A DNA stretch of 64,000 nt from Myxococcota bacterium. GTDB lineage: Bacteria; Myxococcota_A; SURF-8. Shown one piece after another: positions 30,154 through 38,767 of this stretch. The DNA lies in NCBI GenBank assembly GCA_965140415.1, contig OZ223209.1, forward strand, positions 1,248,001 to 1,312,000, read 5' to 3'. A model generated the notes under the pieces. That model ran no database searches. It saw only the letters and a program-made list of their open reading frames with translations, and was not told the origin of the DNA. The translations under genes and the position numbers were made by a program. Within the stretch, counting starts at the first letter, position 1, and every line of letters begins with the position of its first letter.

Positions 30154-31917
30154 ATGCCGTATAAGTTGTTTCTAGGCTGTCTGCTGTCTCTGTTCTTGTT
30201 CGTAGCCTGTGGTTCCGACGACGATCCCGTCACTACTCCCGATGGCGATCAGGATGCCGATGTCGCCGACGGCGATCTGAGTGAAAGTGACGTCGTGGAT
30301 GGCGATGCCGTGGATGGCGACGACGACAGCATGGTGCTTGCAGACTGGGTGGTGCCGCAGGAAGAATGGTCCACCTGCCCGGCAGAAGATTATCTGGGAG
30401 GCATGACGCTGCATGAGAAGGCGGCTTATTACGACTGGATCGTGCCGAAACTGCATCAGGTTCCAACCGATGTTCCCGGTCACGAGGATTACTCGCGCGT
30501 TTTCACCGTCAACTGCGACGCACCGGTGCCGGACAGCATCGTCTCCGACGATCAGTTGCCTACCTGCACGTTTTCGCTTTCGGAGAACAACGGTTTGTGG
30601 ACCGGTTTGTATGTGGCCTCGCAGGCATTCCGTTACGCCGTCACCGGTGACGCCGATGCGCTGGCGCAACTCAAGCGCACGCTCAACGGTACCTACCAGA
30701 TGATGCAGATCACCGGCAAGGACGGCCTGTATACGCGCGACTTCCGCGATCCGTCGATTCCGCAGCAGTACTGCATCGAAGACGAAGATCGTTACGCCAG
30801 CGCCGCTACCGACAACGAACGCTACGCGCGTTACATTCCCCCGGCGGAGAACATGGTTGGCAATCAGTTCATCAAGGTGGATACGGACGGCTGCTTCAAG
30901 ACCTGGAATCCGGAGTTGAACGACGGCAACGGCGGCTGGGCCAAGGACAGCGAACACTGCACCGATCCACGCTTTGCGGGGTTCTGCTGGCAGATGAACG
31001 TCAGCAAGGATGAATACGCGGGTCATATGTTCGCGGCGGGTATCGTAGCGCGCATCGTGGACGACCCGGAAGTACGCGCCATCGCGGTGGATATTTTGCA
31101 GCAGGTAGGACATCACCTGGTGGATCACAGCTATTGGATCAACGATTACGACGGGCGTAACACGCGCTACGGCTCGGCTCACGCCATTTCGCTGGATTCG
31201 GTGCCGGGTGCAAACGCCTTATTGGCCTTGACCTGGAGCAAAATGGGCGCGGTGGTCGCCAACGATCAGGAATTGATCGACAGCTACTACGACTGCCTCC
31301 TGCAACAGTCCGGGGAACTACAGTGCATCGATCAACCCTTTGAAACACCGCAAGACTACAGAGAGCACCTTACGAACATGGGCTACATGCTGGGCTGCAA
31401 CTCCAACTACGACACCATTTCCATCGGCGAGCTGGCCTACTTCAACCTTATCTGGTACGAGCAAGACCCGGAACTGCGCAGCCTGTATCGGCAGCGTTTC
31501 CGCGAAAACACCAAAGGCCCGGATGCCAAGGGGCGCGATTTGTGGAGCGAAGCCAACCCCTTCCGCAACATGAATCTCGTCAGCCGCATGGAGACCAACG
31601 ACAACTACAATGCGGATGAAGCCAAGCAGTTGATCGAGGAAGCCGTCTGCACCTTGAAACGCTATCACACCGACAACATCCGGCGCGCTCACGACGACAC
31701 CGGCTATGAAGAGTGGTGCGTGTCGCCTCGCCACGGCAGCCTGGCGGAAGATCAGATTCCGATCAACGAGCGCTGTCCGTCGATCTTCGAATGGTGGGGC
31801 GATCCCAACCAGCGGGAAGTCTGCTCGGAAAACCTGAATTCGGCCATTCCCCCGGCGGGTTATCTCTTGCCATACTGGATGGGTCGCTACTTCGGCTTCA
31901 TCGGGGAAGAGTTGTGA
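30154..31917 (+). CDS. Acidic lipoprotein of unknown function with N-terminal DGD linker
   Basis: Lipobox FVAC, DGD repeats, then a helical Trp/Tyr-rich domain (ENNGLWTGLY, SKDEYAGH, YLLPYWMGRY). Confidence 0.8.
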   Translation: MPYKLFLGCLLSLFLFVACGSDDDPVTTPDGDQDADVADGDLSESDVVDGDAVDGDDDSMVLADWVVPQEEWSTCPAEDYLGGMTLHEKAAYYDWIVPKLHQVPTDVPGHEDYSRVFTVNCDAPVPDSIVSDDQLPTCTFSLSENNGLWTGLYVASQAFRYAVTGDADALAQLKRTLNGTYQMMQITGKDGLYTRDFRDPSIPQQYCIEDEDRYASAATDNERYARYIPPAENMVGNQFIKVDTDGCFKTWNPELNDGNGGWAKDSEHCTDPRFAGFCWQMNVSKDEYAGHMFAAGIVARIVDDPEVRAIAVDILQQVGHHLVDHSYWINDYDGRNTRYGSAHAISLDSVPGANALLALTWSKMGAVVANDQELIDSYYDCLLQQSGELQCIDQPFETPQDYREHLTNMGYMLGCNSNYDTISIGELAYFNLIWYEQDPELRSLYRQRFRENTKGPDAKGRDLWSEANPFRNMNLVSRMETNDNYNADEAKQLIEEAVCTLKRYHTDNIRRAHDDTGYEEWCVSPRHGSLAEDQIPINERCPSIFEWWGDPNQREVCSENLNSAIPPAGYLLPYWMGRYFGFIGEEL

Positions 31918-31966
31918 GTTGATCGGTTCGAGTGTATTTCTGCGGGCTTACGCCTCGCCGCCTAAC

Positions 31967-32143
31967 GTTGGAGCATGTCTCCCGACATGCTTCAAAAGTT
32001 TTTTGTCGGGCAGAATCTGCCCGACCTACAATTGATATAGATATGCCAATAATAACATGTGGTTACATTTCCACAGTAGGTCGGGCAAATGTCTTGCCCG
32101 ACATCATCAATCGGAAATGTCGGGTCCACTGGACCCGACCTAC
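31967..32143. repeat. BIME-like cluster of four REP palindromes between convergent genes
   Basis: 31967-31994; 32004-32029 (rc GTAGGTCGGGCAG.TT.TGCCCGACA); 32076-32103 (GTAGGTCGGGCAA...TTGCCCGACA); 32118-32143 (rc GTAGGTCGGGTCC...GGACCCGACA). Confidence 0.8.
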
Positions 32144-32163
32144 GGGAAGATCCAGCTAAAATC

Positions 32164-33849
32164 CTAGATCCGTACGCGGCGTCTGCGCAGCAGAGTCAAC
32201 GCTAGCAGCAGCAACAACGCCGGAGACGGCATCCCGGAGCCGCTACAATCCGAGCCGCTGCCAGATCCGCTGTCATCTCCATCGGTTACGGCATCGCCAT
32301 CGGGAGTGCTATCGCCATCGGAGCTCTCGTCTCCGTCTGCAACCACATCGCCATCGGAGCTTTCGTCTCCATCGGCAATTACATCGCCATCGGAACTTTG
32401 GTCGCCATCAGGGCTTGTGTCACCATCGGGAACTACGTCACCATCGGGAGTAGCGTCGCCATCAGGGCTTGTGTCACCATCGGGAGCTACGTCACCGTCT
32501 GGGGTTACGTCACCGTCTGGGGTCGTGTCACCATCAGGGGTCGTGTCGCCATCGGGGGTGGCATCGCCATCGGGGGTGACATCGCCATCGGGAGTCACAT
32601 CGCCGTCAGGAGTGACATCGCCATCGGGAGTCACATCGCCATCGGGAATGACATCGCCGTCTACGGCAGGCGGAATAATGTGAGCTGTCACCTGAACGGA
32701 GGCGGGCCCGCCGCTGGGAGTTGGAGAAAAACTCACCGTTCCCGATCGTTCCCCGCTTGCATCGGCGGCGGGTTCGAACCAGAGTTGTACCATGGCACGG
32801 CCATCGATATCCAGAGAGCCGCTTTCCGGAAGTACGCGCACACCTTGGATATCGGTCTGTGCCTGCCAATCGGCATAGCCGACGCCGCAGTTTTCCACAT
32901 ACACGGGAACCTGGATCTTCTCTCCAGCCAGCACGTTTACATTCACGATTGCCGGGTCCACACAAAGCTGCTGATTGCCGCTGGGAATGGTCGCCGGGTC
33001 CACTTTCAGCCAGTAGGCCGAGAGCGCAAAGCAACTGCTGCCGCGTTTGATCTCGAAAAAGCCATCATCGCCCCAGTCGTCGCCCCAGCTATTCTTGGCT
33101 ATCCAGGAGTTATTGGCGTCGTTCCAGCCGACGAGCAACACGATGTGGTTACTGGCCAGCACGCAGCCGTCGTGTTCGTAGACGCCGCCGCTATAGCGGT
33201 AGAAGTCGCTGTAAACATTGGTTGTAACCGCCATCGGTCCGACCATCAGCTTTTCCTTGATGGCATCTTCGAAGAGTCCGCCGTAAATCGGACCCCAGTC
33301 CGAAATGTGTACGGCGCGGTCGAACCAGTCGCTACAGCGATCGTTGCAGTTACCTTCTTCGGCCAGGTAGGGATAGCATTCCTCATCGGGAATACCGATG
33401 TTCTTCAGATACAGCATCACTTCCTCGGCGATGCCGCCGTAATCGCAACTGCCCAAACCGCAGGAAACCATGGTCTGCTCGGACAGGTCGATGTCGTAGT
33501 CGGGATCGTTCAGGTGAATATTGATGGCCGCTTCCATGGCGGCGATGGTGCCGAAAGCCCAGCAGGAACCGCAGGATGCCTGATCGCGTACCGGCGAGGT
33601 CCAGTCGTGTCCGCCTTGATCGCGCCAGTTGAAATAAGCGGGAAGATCTTCGATGGGTTGAGGCGGGGGCTGGTCGGGATTGTAATCCACGTAGGGTTGC
33701 GGAACAAACAAACCCTCGGTCAAATGGGCGCGCTGCTGTTCCGGGGAAAGACGACCGATTGCGGTGTCACCGGACTGCCATTCGGCTTGAACGACCGCCG
33801 GAGCGAACAGCAATCCCATACAAAGCATCCACAGCATGACCCGTTTCAT
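32164..33849 (-). CDS. Secreted papain-like (C1A) cysteine protease with DGD-repeat stalk and MYXO-CTERM-like anchor
   Basis: Signal peptide; QASCGSCWAF, LSEQ, NHIVLLVGW and KNSWG catalytic motifs; C-terminal GSGSDCS...PALLLLLALTLLRRRR. Confidence 0.92.
   Translation of the reverse strand: MKRVMLWMLCMGLLFAPAVVQAEWQSGDTAIGRLSPEQQRAHLTEGLFVPQPYVDYNPDQPPPQPIEDLPAYFNWRDQGGHDWTSPVRDQASCGSCWAFGTIAAMEAAINIHLNDPDYDIDLSEQTMVSCGLGSCDYGGIAEEVMLYLKNIGIPDEECYPYLAEEGNCNDRCSDWFDRAVHISDWGPIYGGLFEDAIKEKLMVGPMAVTTNVYSDFYRYSGGVYEHDGCVLASNHIVLLVGWNDANNSWIAKNSWGDDWGDDGFFEIKRGSSCFALSAYWLKVDPATIPSGNQQLCVDPAIVNVNVLAGEKIQVPVYVENCGVGYADWQAQTDIQGVRVLPESGSLDIDGRAMVQLWFEPAADASGERSGTVSFSPTPSGGPASVQVTAHIIPPAVDGDVIPDGDVTPDGDVTPDGDVTPDGDVTPDGDATPDGDTTPDGDTTPDGDVTPDGDVAPDGDTSPDGDATPDGDVVPDGDTSPDGDQSSDGDVIADGDESSDGDVVADGDESSDGDSTPDGDAVTDGDDSGSGSGSDCSGSGMPSPALLLLLALTLLRRRRVRI
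32266..32661 (-). repeat. 22 x 18-bp tandem repeat encoding DGDxxx
   Basis: Counted in the translation: DGDVIP, DGDVTP ... DGDDSG. Confidence 0.9.
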
Positions 33850-33984
33850 GGTACGACTCCCTCGTTGTTGGCCTACGACATCCTCTCCTTGTACATTCCG
33901 CCTTAACGGCAAACACCTGTATTACTGCTACAAGTTACAACCCGCCGAAAAGCACCGAAAACGGTACGGAACGCCAGAGGCCCG

Positions 33985-36015
33985 TCAGTATATGTCAACT
34001 TCCAGAGTATAGCTACCATAATCGGACGAGCCGTAGCCATCTACGATGATATAACCGATGCCGCCTGTCGTGATTTCCAATCCCAGCGATTCCGATCCGC
34101 AGAAAAACAATCCACAGGATGCTTCGTCCGCGCCGATGCACACCTGGGCCTGATCGCCACAGGGCGACTGTACCAGCAATACAGAGTCGAAGTCGGCATC
34201 CAGGTAGATGTCCATTTCCGAATTGTCCGGCAGACTGACGGCGTAGACCACATCCGGTGCGCTGGACTGGTTGTAATGAGAACCATCACAGCCCGCTACG
34301 CTGATATCGTTGCCTTGCCCGGAAGTGCTGCCGCTGTCGGAAAAATAGCTGGACGTAATCAGGAACGGCTCATCGCAGGTGCCGTTTTCTTCTGCCGGTT
34401 GCGCCTCGCAATCGGTGCGATCCCAGGCGCAGGTGTCGTTGCAGTCGCATTCGCCATCCCGATTCCAGCCGCAGGGGTTGTCTTCCCGGCAGCAATCGGT
34501 GCGCGAGCCGGTGTAGCCTTCGCAGACTGGCGCAGCGGTATCGCCGTCTACAACCTCATCACCATCGATAGGCGGGTTGTCGTCGCCGTCGATGGGCGGA
34601 TTGTCGTCGCCGTCGATGGGTGGATTGTCGTCGCCATCGATAGGCGGACCGCCCTGGCAATAGCCGTCGTCGGGTACGCAAAGCTCCACCAGGGTATCCA
34701 CTTCCTCGCAAACGTAACCGGACGGGCACTGCTGGCCGAAAAAGGCGCAGGGGGTTGCACAGCCGTTATTGATGCAGGCCGCATCGGACAGCGACCAGAT
34801 ATCACCACATTGGGAATCCGATGTACATGCCTCACACAGTTTGTATTGGCATTGACCACCCAGGCACACCTCACCCAAACCGCACTGGCTATCGAAATAG
34901 CATTCCTGCCCGGTGTTATAGTCGCCATCGATGGGTGGATTGTCGTCGCCATCGGGGAACGTGCCGTTGCAGTACATCGAGGTCGGCCAGCATTGACGTA
35001 CTTCGCTGTTCATTGCGCGACAGTAGGTATCCATCTGGGTGCAGCCCTGCCCCTGGGAGCAGTCCGTTCCGCAGAAGGTATTGCCGGAACCGTCGGGAAT
35101 ACAACGATCTTCCGGGCCGCCGCATTCGTCATCGGTCAAGCAGGCCTCGCAGAAGCCTTTGTCGCCCATCACGATTTCATCGCCATCGGCGGAGTCGTCG
35201 CCGTCGGGCTGGACTTCCGGTTCGCAGCGACCGCTACTGGGACGGCATTGCTTGCTGACCAGTTCGCCGGTGTTGCTGTAAATCGACGAGCAGATATAAT
35301 CCACCGGACAGACGGCGGTATCGCCGCACAAGCGCCCGCAATAGGTTGAACCGGAGGTGTCTTCCAGGCAGTAATTGCTGTATTCGCCCGGTTCGTTGCA
35401 ATCCGGGTCGCTTTGGCAGGGTTCGCACAAACCAAGATCCTGGGAACTGCTGTCGCCGTCGGGTTCCACGACATCGCCATCTTCGTTTTTATCGCCATCG
35501 GTCACATCGCCGAATGGAACGCACACACTGTTGTCACAGCGGTATCCGTCCGGGCAATCGCGGCTTTCACTGCAACGAATTTCGGCGTCGCCATCTTCGT
35601 TTTTGTCGCCGTCCGTGCTATCGCCGTCCACTTCCACGCAGATTCCCATAACCATGTCGCAGGTTTCATCGGCATTGCAGTCGGCGTTGGTGGTGCAATA
35701 TGGGGAGTAGTTGTCCTGGATGGTTTGGCAATATCCGTTCACGCAGTCCATGTTTTCCGGGCATTCTTCCCAGGTGATGCAGCTTGGAGAGGGAACGCAG
35801 GAATTGTTCTGGCAGACGAAGCCGGCCTGGCAGGCGCTGTCATTCACACAGAATTGCGGCGTTTCGCAGGCTCCCGCCATGCAGACTTCTCCCAACGAAC
35901 AATCCGCGTCGGTTTCGCAGGCCACGCCCTGGCTGGTTTCCTCGTTACAGGCCAAGCCGCTTAGTAATAAAACCACACCCAGTATGCCCCTGATGCATAG
36001 ACTGTATCCCCTCAT
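33985..36015 (-). CDS. Cys-rich surface lipoprotein with DGD linkers and a C-terminal PPC-like domain
   Basis: Lipobox GLAC, many C-x2/3-D-x-D/Q-C-x5-C-x4-C modules, C-terminal PDVVY...YIIVDGY...GSYTL. Confidence 0.8.
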   Translation of the reverse strand: MRGYSLCIRGILGVVLLLSGLACNEETSQGVACETDADCSLGEVCMAGACETPQFCVNDSACQAGFVCQNNSCVPSPSCITWEECPENMDCVNGYCQTIQDNYSPYCTTNADCNADETCDMVMGICVEVDGDSTDGDKNEDGDAEIRCSESRDCPDGYRCDNSVCVPFGDVTDGDKNEDGDVVEPDGDSSSQDLGLCEPCQSDPDCNEPGEYSNYCLEDTSGSTYCGRLCGDTAVCPVDYICSSIYSNTGELVSKQCRPSSGRCEPEVQPDGDDSADGDEIVMGDKGFCEACLTDDECGGPEDRCIPDGSGNTFCGTDCSQGQGCTQMDTYCRAMNSEVRQCWPTSMYCNGTFPDGDDNPPIDGDYNTGQECYFDSQCGLGEVCLGGQCQYKLCEACTSDSQCGDIWSLSDAACINNGCATPCAFFGQQCPSGYVCEEVDTLVELCVPDDGYCQGGPPIDGDDNPPIDGDDNPPIDGDDNPPIDGDEVVDGDTAAPVCEGYTGSRTDCCREDNPCGWNRDGECDCNDTCAWDRTDCEAQPAEENGTCDEPFLITSSYFSDSGSTSGQGNDISVAGCDGSHYNQSSAPDVVYAVSLPDNSEMDIYLDADFDSVLLVQSPCGDQAQVCIGADEASCGLFFCGSESLGLEITTGGIGYIIVDGYGSSDYGSYTLEVDIY
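34558..34647 (-). repeat. ~4 x 21-bp tandem repeat encoding PPIDGDDN-like units
   Basis: PPIDGDDNPPIDGDDNPPIDGDDNPPIDGD; one further copy near 34921-34955. Confidence 0.85.
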
Positions 36016-36405
36016 GGTACACCTCGCTCGCAAACTCGTTTTCTTTTGCGTTTTTTCCGTGGCGATATTGCAATGAATCCATGTTACCAATTACTGAACT
36101 GAATCGCAACTATTGATTTTAACAACATTAACGCATTGTGTCAACCTGGAATCGGAACACTTCGGGTTTTGTATGAAATATCTGTCTCTGATTTGAAATC
36201 TTCTAAAACTTACAGTTTTGTAAAACGTGTAGTGATTATGTGCTGCTTAGCTATGATTGATGTATATTATCAATACCTTAGCTGAAACTCGCGCAAATTC
36301 GGTCTTTTACAAAAAGGGAGAAATCTCCCGCCTCGGGAATGTTTTCCTTTTCCCGATTGTCTGGTATAGGGTAGGGGAGTCGCGCTATTTAAAGGATGAA
36401 CACGG

Positions 36406-37629
36406 ATGTTGCAAATCATGTTCTATGTGATCTTCAGCCTGGCATTTCTGCTATTTCATATTTATGTGGGACGTCGTTTGATCGGTCCCTCCAGCCTTTC
36501 CCGCTGGGGACGCGCAGGAGCCTGGGCGGTAGTTGCGACGTCCTATTTATTGTTGTTGGGTGGAAACGTTCTTTATCGCAACTGGACGACCGGGCCGCTG
36601 CCTGGGTGGTTGAGTGCTTTGCAATGGACGCTGTACATTTCCATGGGGTTACTGGTGCTGCTGCTCCTGTTGTTACTGGGACGCGATCTGTTGCGCCTCG
36701 GTTCGCGCATCCTGCGCCTGTTTCGTCGTTTGCTTCAACCGAAAGATTCCCGCAAAACGGATGCTCCCGATCCGTCGCGCCGCCTGTTTTTGACCAACTC
36801 CGTCAATGTCGGCGTGTTGGGCGCTTCCGGTCTGCTGATGGGTGCAGGCGTTTATCATGCAACGCAAGCCCCGACGGTCGAGCGGGTTCGCATTCCCATC
36901 CATAACTTGCCGCAGGAATTTGAAGGTTTCAGCATCGCGCAGATTTCCGATTTGCACATCGGGCCGACCTTGGGGCGGCGCTTCGTGGAATCGGTGGTGG
37001 ATACTGTCAACCGGCTGGGAGCGGATGCCATCGTGATGACCGGCGACATGATTGACGGACACGTGCCGCAGCTGCGCCCGGAGCTGGCTCCATTAACGGA
37101 ACTCCACGCCGCTGAAGGGCGCTACTGGGTAACGGGCAACCACGAGTATTACTGGGGTGCCCGGCGTTGGAGCGAAGAAGCGCAGCGGCTGGGGTTCGAC
37201 GTGCTGCAAAACGAGCATCGCGTGATTCGGCGCGGCAACGCCCGTTTGTTGATGGCCGGTGTCACCGACTACAACGGAGGCCGCTTCGACGAGTCCCATC
37301 GTTCCAATCCCGAAAAGGCGCTTATGGGTGCCAAGGCGGACGACGTAAAGATTCTCTTGGCGCATCAGCCGCGCAGTTGCTACGCGGCGACTCAGGCGGG
37401 GGTGGATTTGCAGCTTTCCGGCCATACTCATGGCGGGCAGTTCGTCCCCTGGAATTTGCTGGTGCGGTTGCAACAGCCTTACGTGGCGGGCTTATTTCGT
37501 CACGACGACAGGCTACAGGTTTACGTCAATCGCGGCACCGGTTATTGGGGACCGCCGCTGAGACTGGGAGTCCCTTCCGAAGTCAGCCTGCTTGAACTCG
37601 TACGCGAGCCGGAGAAGAAGACAACGTAG
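36406..37629 (+). CDS. Membrane-anchored metallophosphoesterase (YkuE/YaeI-like)
   Basis: Three N-terminal TM helices; SDLHIG, TGDMID, GNHE, LAHQP, SGHTHGGQ, GPPLRLG. Confidence 0.92.
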   Translation: MLQIMFYVIFSLAFLLFHIYVGRRLIGPSSLSRWGRAGAWAVVATSYLLLLGGNVLYRNWTTGPLPGWLSALQWTLYISMGLLVLLLLLLLGRDLLRLGSRILRLFRRLLQPKDSRKTDAPDPSRRLFLTNSVNVGVLGASGLLMGAGVYHATQAPTVERVRIPIHNLPQEFEGFSIAQISDLHIGPTLGRRFVESVVDTVNRLGADAIVMTGDMIDGHVPQLRPELAPLTELHAAEGRYWVTGNHEYYWGARRWSEEAQRLGFDVLQNEHRVIRRGNARLLMAGVTDYNGGRFDESHRSNPEKALMGAKADDVKILLAHQPRSCYAATQAGVDLQLSGHTHGGQFVPWNLLVRLQQPYVAGLFRHDDRLQVYVNRGTGYWGPPLRLGVPSEVSLLELVREPEKKTT

Positions 37630-37756
37630 GCTTTCGTTGGGGTGATGAATTATTGATTATAATTTTCTTTGATATATTGTATTTTATTTGCAATCGATTT
37701 GAAAAACGGACAGTTGTTTGACCCATCAAATTGTTTGCCCGGCATCAGGAAAGACA

Positions 37757-38743
37757 ATGCAAATGCAATTTAGGACTATTAGGACAAAGCATCGCGTAGC
37801 GGTTTCTTTGCTAACTGTGCTTTGGGTAGCTACATTTCTTAATGGGTGCAAATCCTCATTAGAGCGCCTCGGAGATAGTCCTAATCAGAGATGCGGAGTT
37901 ACAGGTCAAGAGTCCATTGTAGAAACCAGCCTTGCTGTTAAACCTAGTTGGTTGACCGGCGCTGTCGAAACCCAAAAAGGAACATCCTTTTGGGTTGGAC
38001 GAAAAACCGGGGGAAGTAAAAATTTGGGGGATACTGTTGCTGACGCTCGTATGGATGCTTATCGGCAGATTGTTGAGTCCATGGGTGCAACTATTGGAGT
38101 ATGGTACGAAAGGCTTCGCCAACAGGATACGAATGAAATTCGAGAGGATCTCGTCGCTGTTTCAAGTGGTGCGGGAAGCGGTTGGAAAGAGTCGGAAATA
38201 TATTCGGAAAAGATAGAAACCTGTCAGGCAGACGGTTCTGTAGCCTATTCATACAATGTGTGGATACTGGTGGCGCTCGACAAGGCGCGTTTTCTTGCCT
38301 ATTATCGTGCACAACACGAACGACTTAAGCTGTCTGCACAGTTGAACGCCGAGAGATTTCGGCACGGCGAGCGCCTACGCATGGGAGTTCGCGTTTCGAA
38401 AGACGCGTATGTTTATGTCCTAGCTGTTTCGGAAAGCGGGCGAAGAATATTGGTCTATCCAAATGATATTGACGCAGAGAACTTCGTGCGAAAAAACAGT
38501 ATCTTTTATATCCCCCCTGAAACTCACGAATCTTACCTGGAAGTGGTGCTGCAACAAGATCAAACCGAAGCGACGGAATCGATGTTCGTTTATGGATTCT
38601 GCTCGGCGATTACACCTCCGTTAAGGGCGGAAAGCATTCTGGAAGCGTATGCTTCATGTAATGCAGGTAACGACCCTGTATGTTGTGCGGTGCAAGAGAT
38701 CAGGTATCGGATTGTGCGCAAAGAGAATTCTCTACATCATTAA
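37757..38743 (+). CDS. Lipoprotein with LPP20-like region and C-terminal DUF4384-like domain; AT-rich islet
   Basis: Lipobox FLNGC; KPSW...ARMDAYRQI; F..GE.L...V...KDAYVYVL....G....VYPN pattern. Confidence 0.7.
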   Translation: MQMQFRTIRTKHRVAVSLLTVLWVATFLNGCKSSLERLGDSPNQRCGVTGQESIVETSLAVKPSWLTGAVETQKGTSFWVGRKTGGSKNLGDTVADARMDAYRQIVESMGATIGVWYERLRQQDTNEIREDLVAVSSGAGSGWKESEIYSEKIETCQADGSVAYSYNVWILVALDKARFLAYYRAQHERLKLSAQLNAERFRHGERLRMGVRVSKDAYVYVLAVSESGRRILVYPNDIDAENFVRKNSIFYIPPETHESYLEVVLQQDQTEATESMFVYGFCSAITPPLRAESILEAYASCNAGNDPVCCAVQEIRYRIVRKENSLHH

Positions 38744-38767
38744 GAATTTATCTACATTTTAGGGATT

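Noticed and set aside
32266-32661. Regular repeats that could be mistaken for a CRISPR array
   Set aside because: They are 18-bp in-frame coding repeats with no unique spacers, and no cas genes are present.
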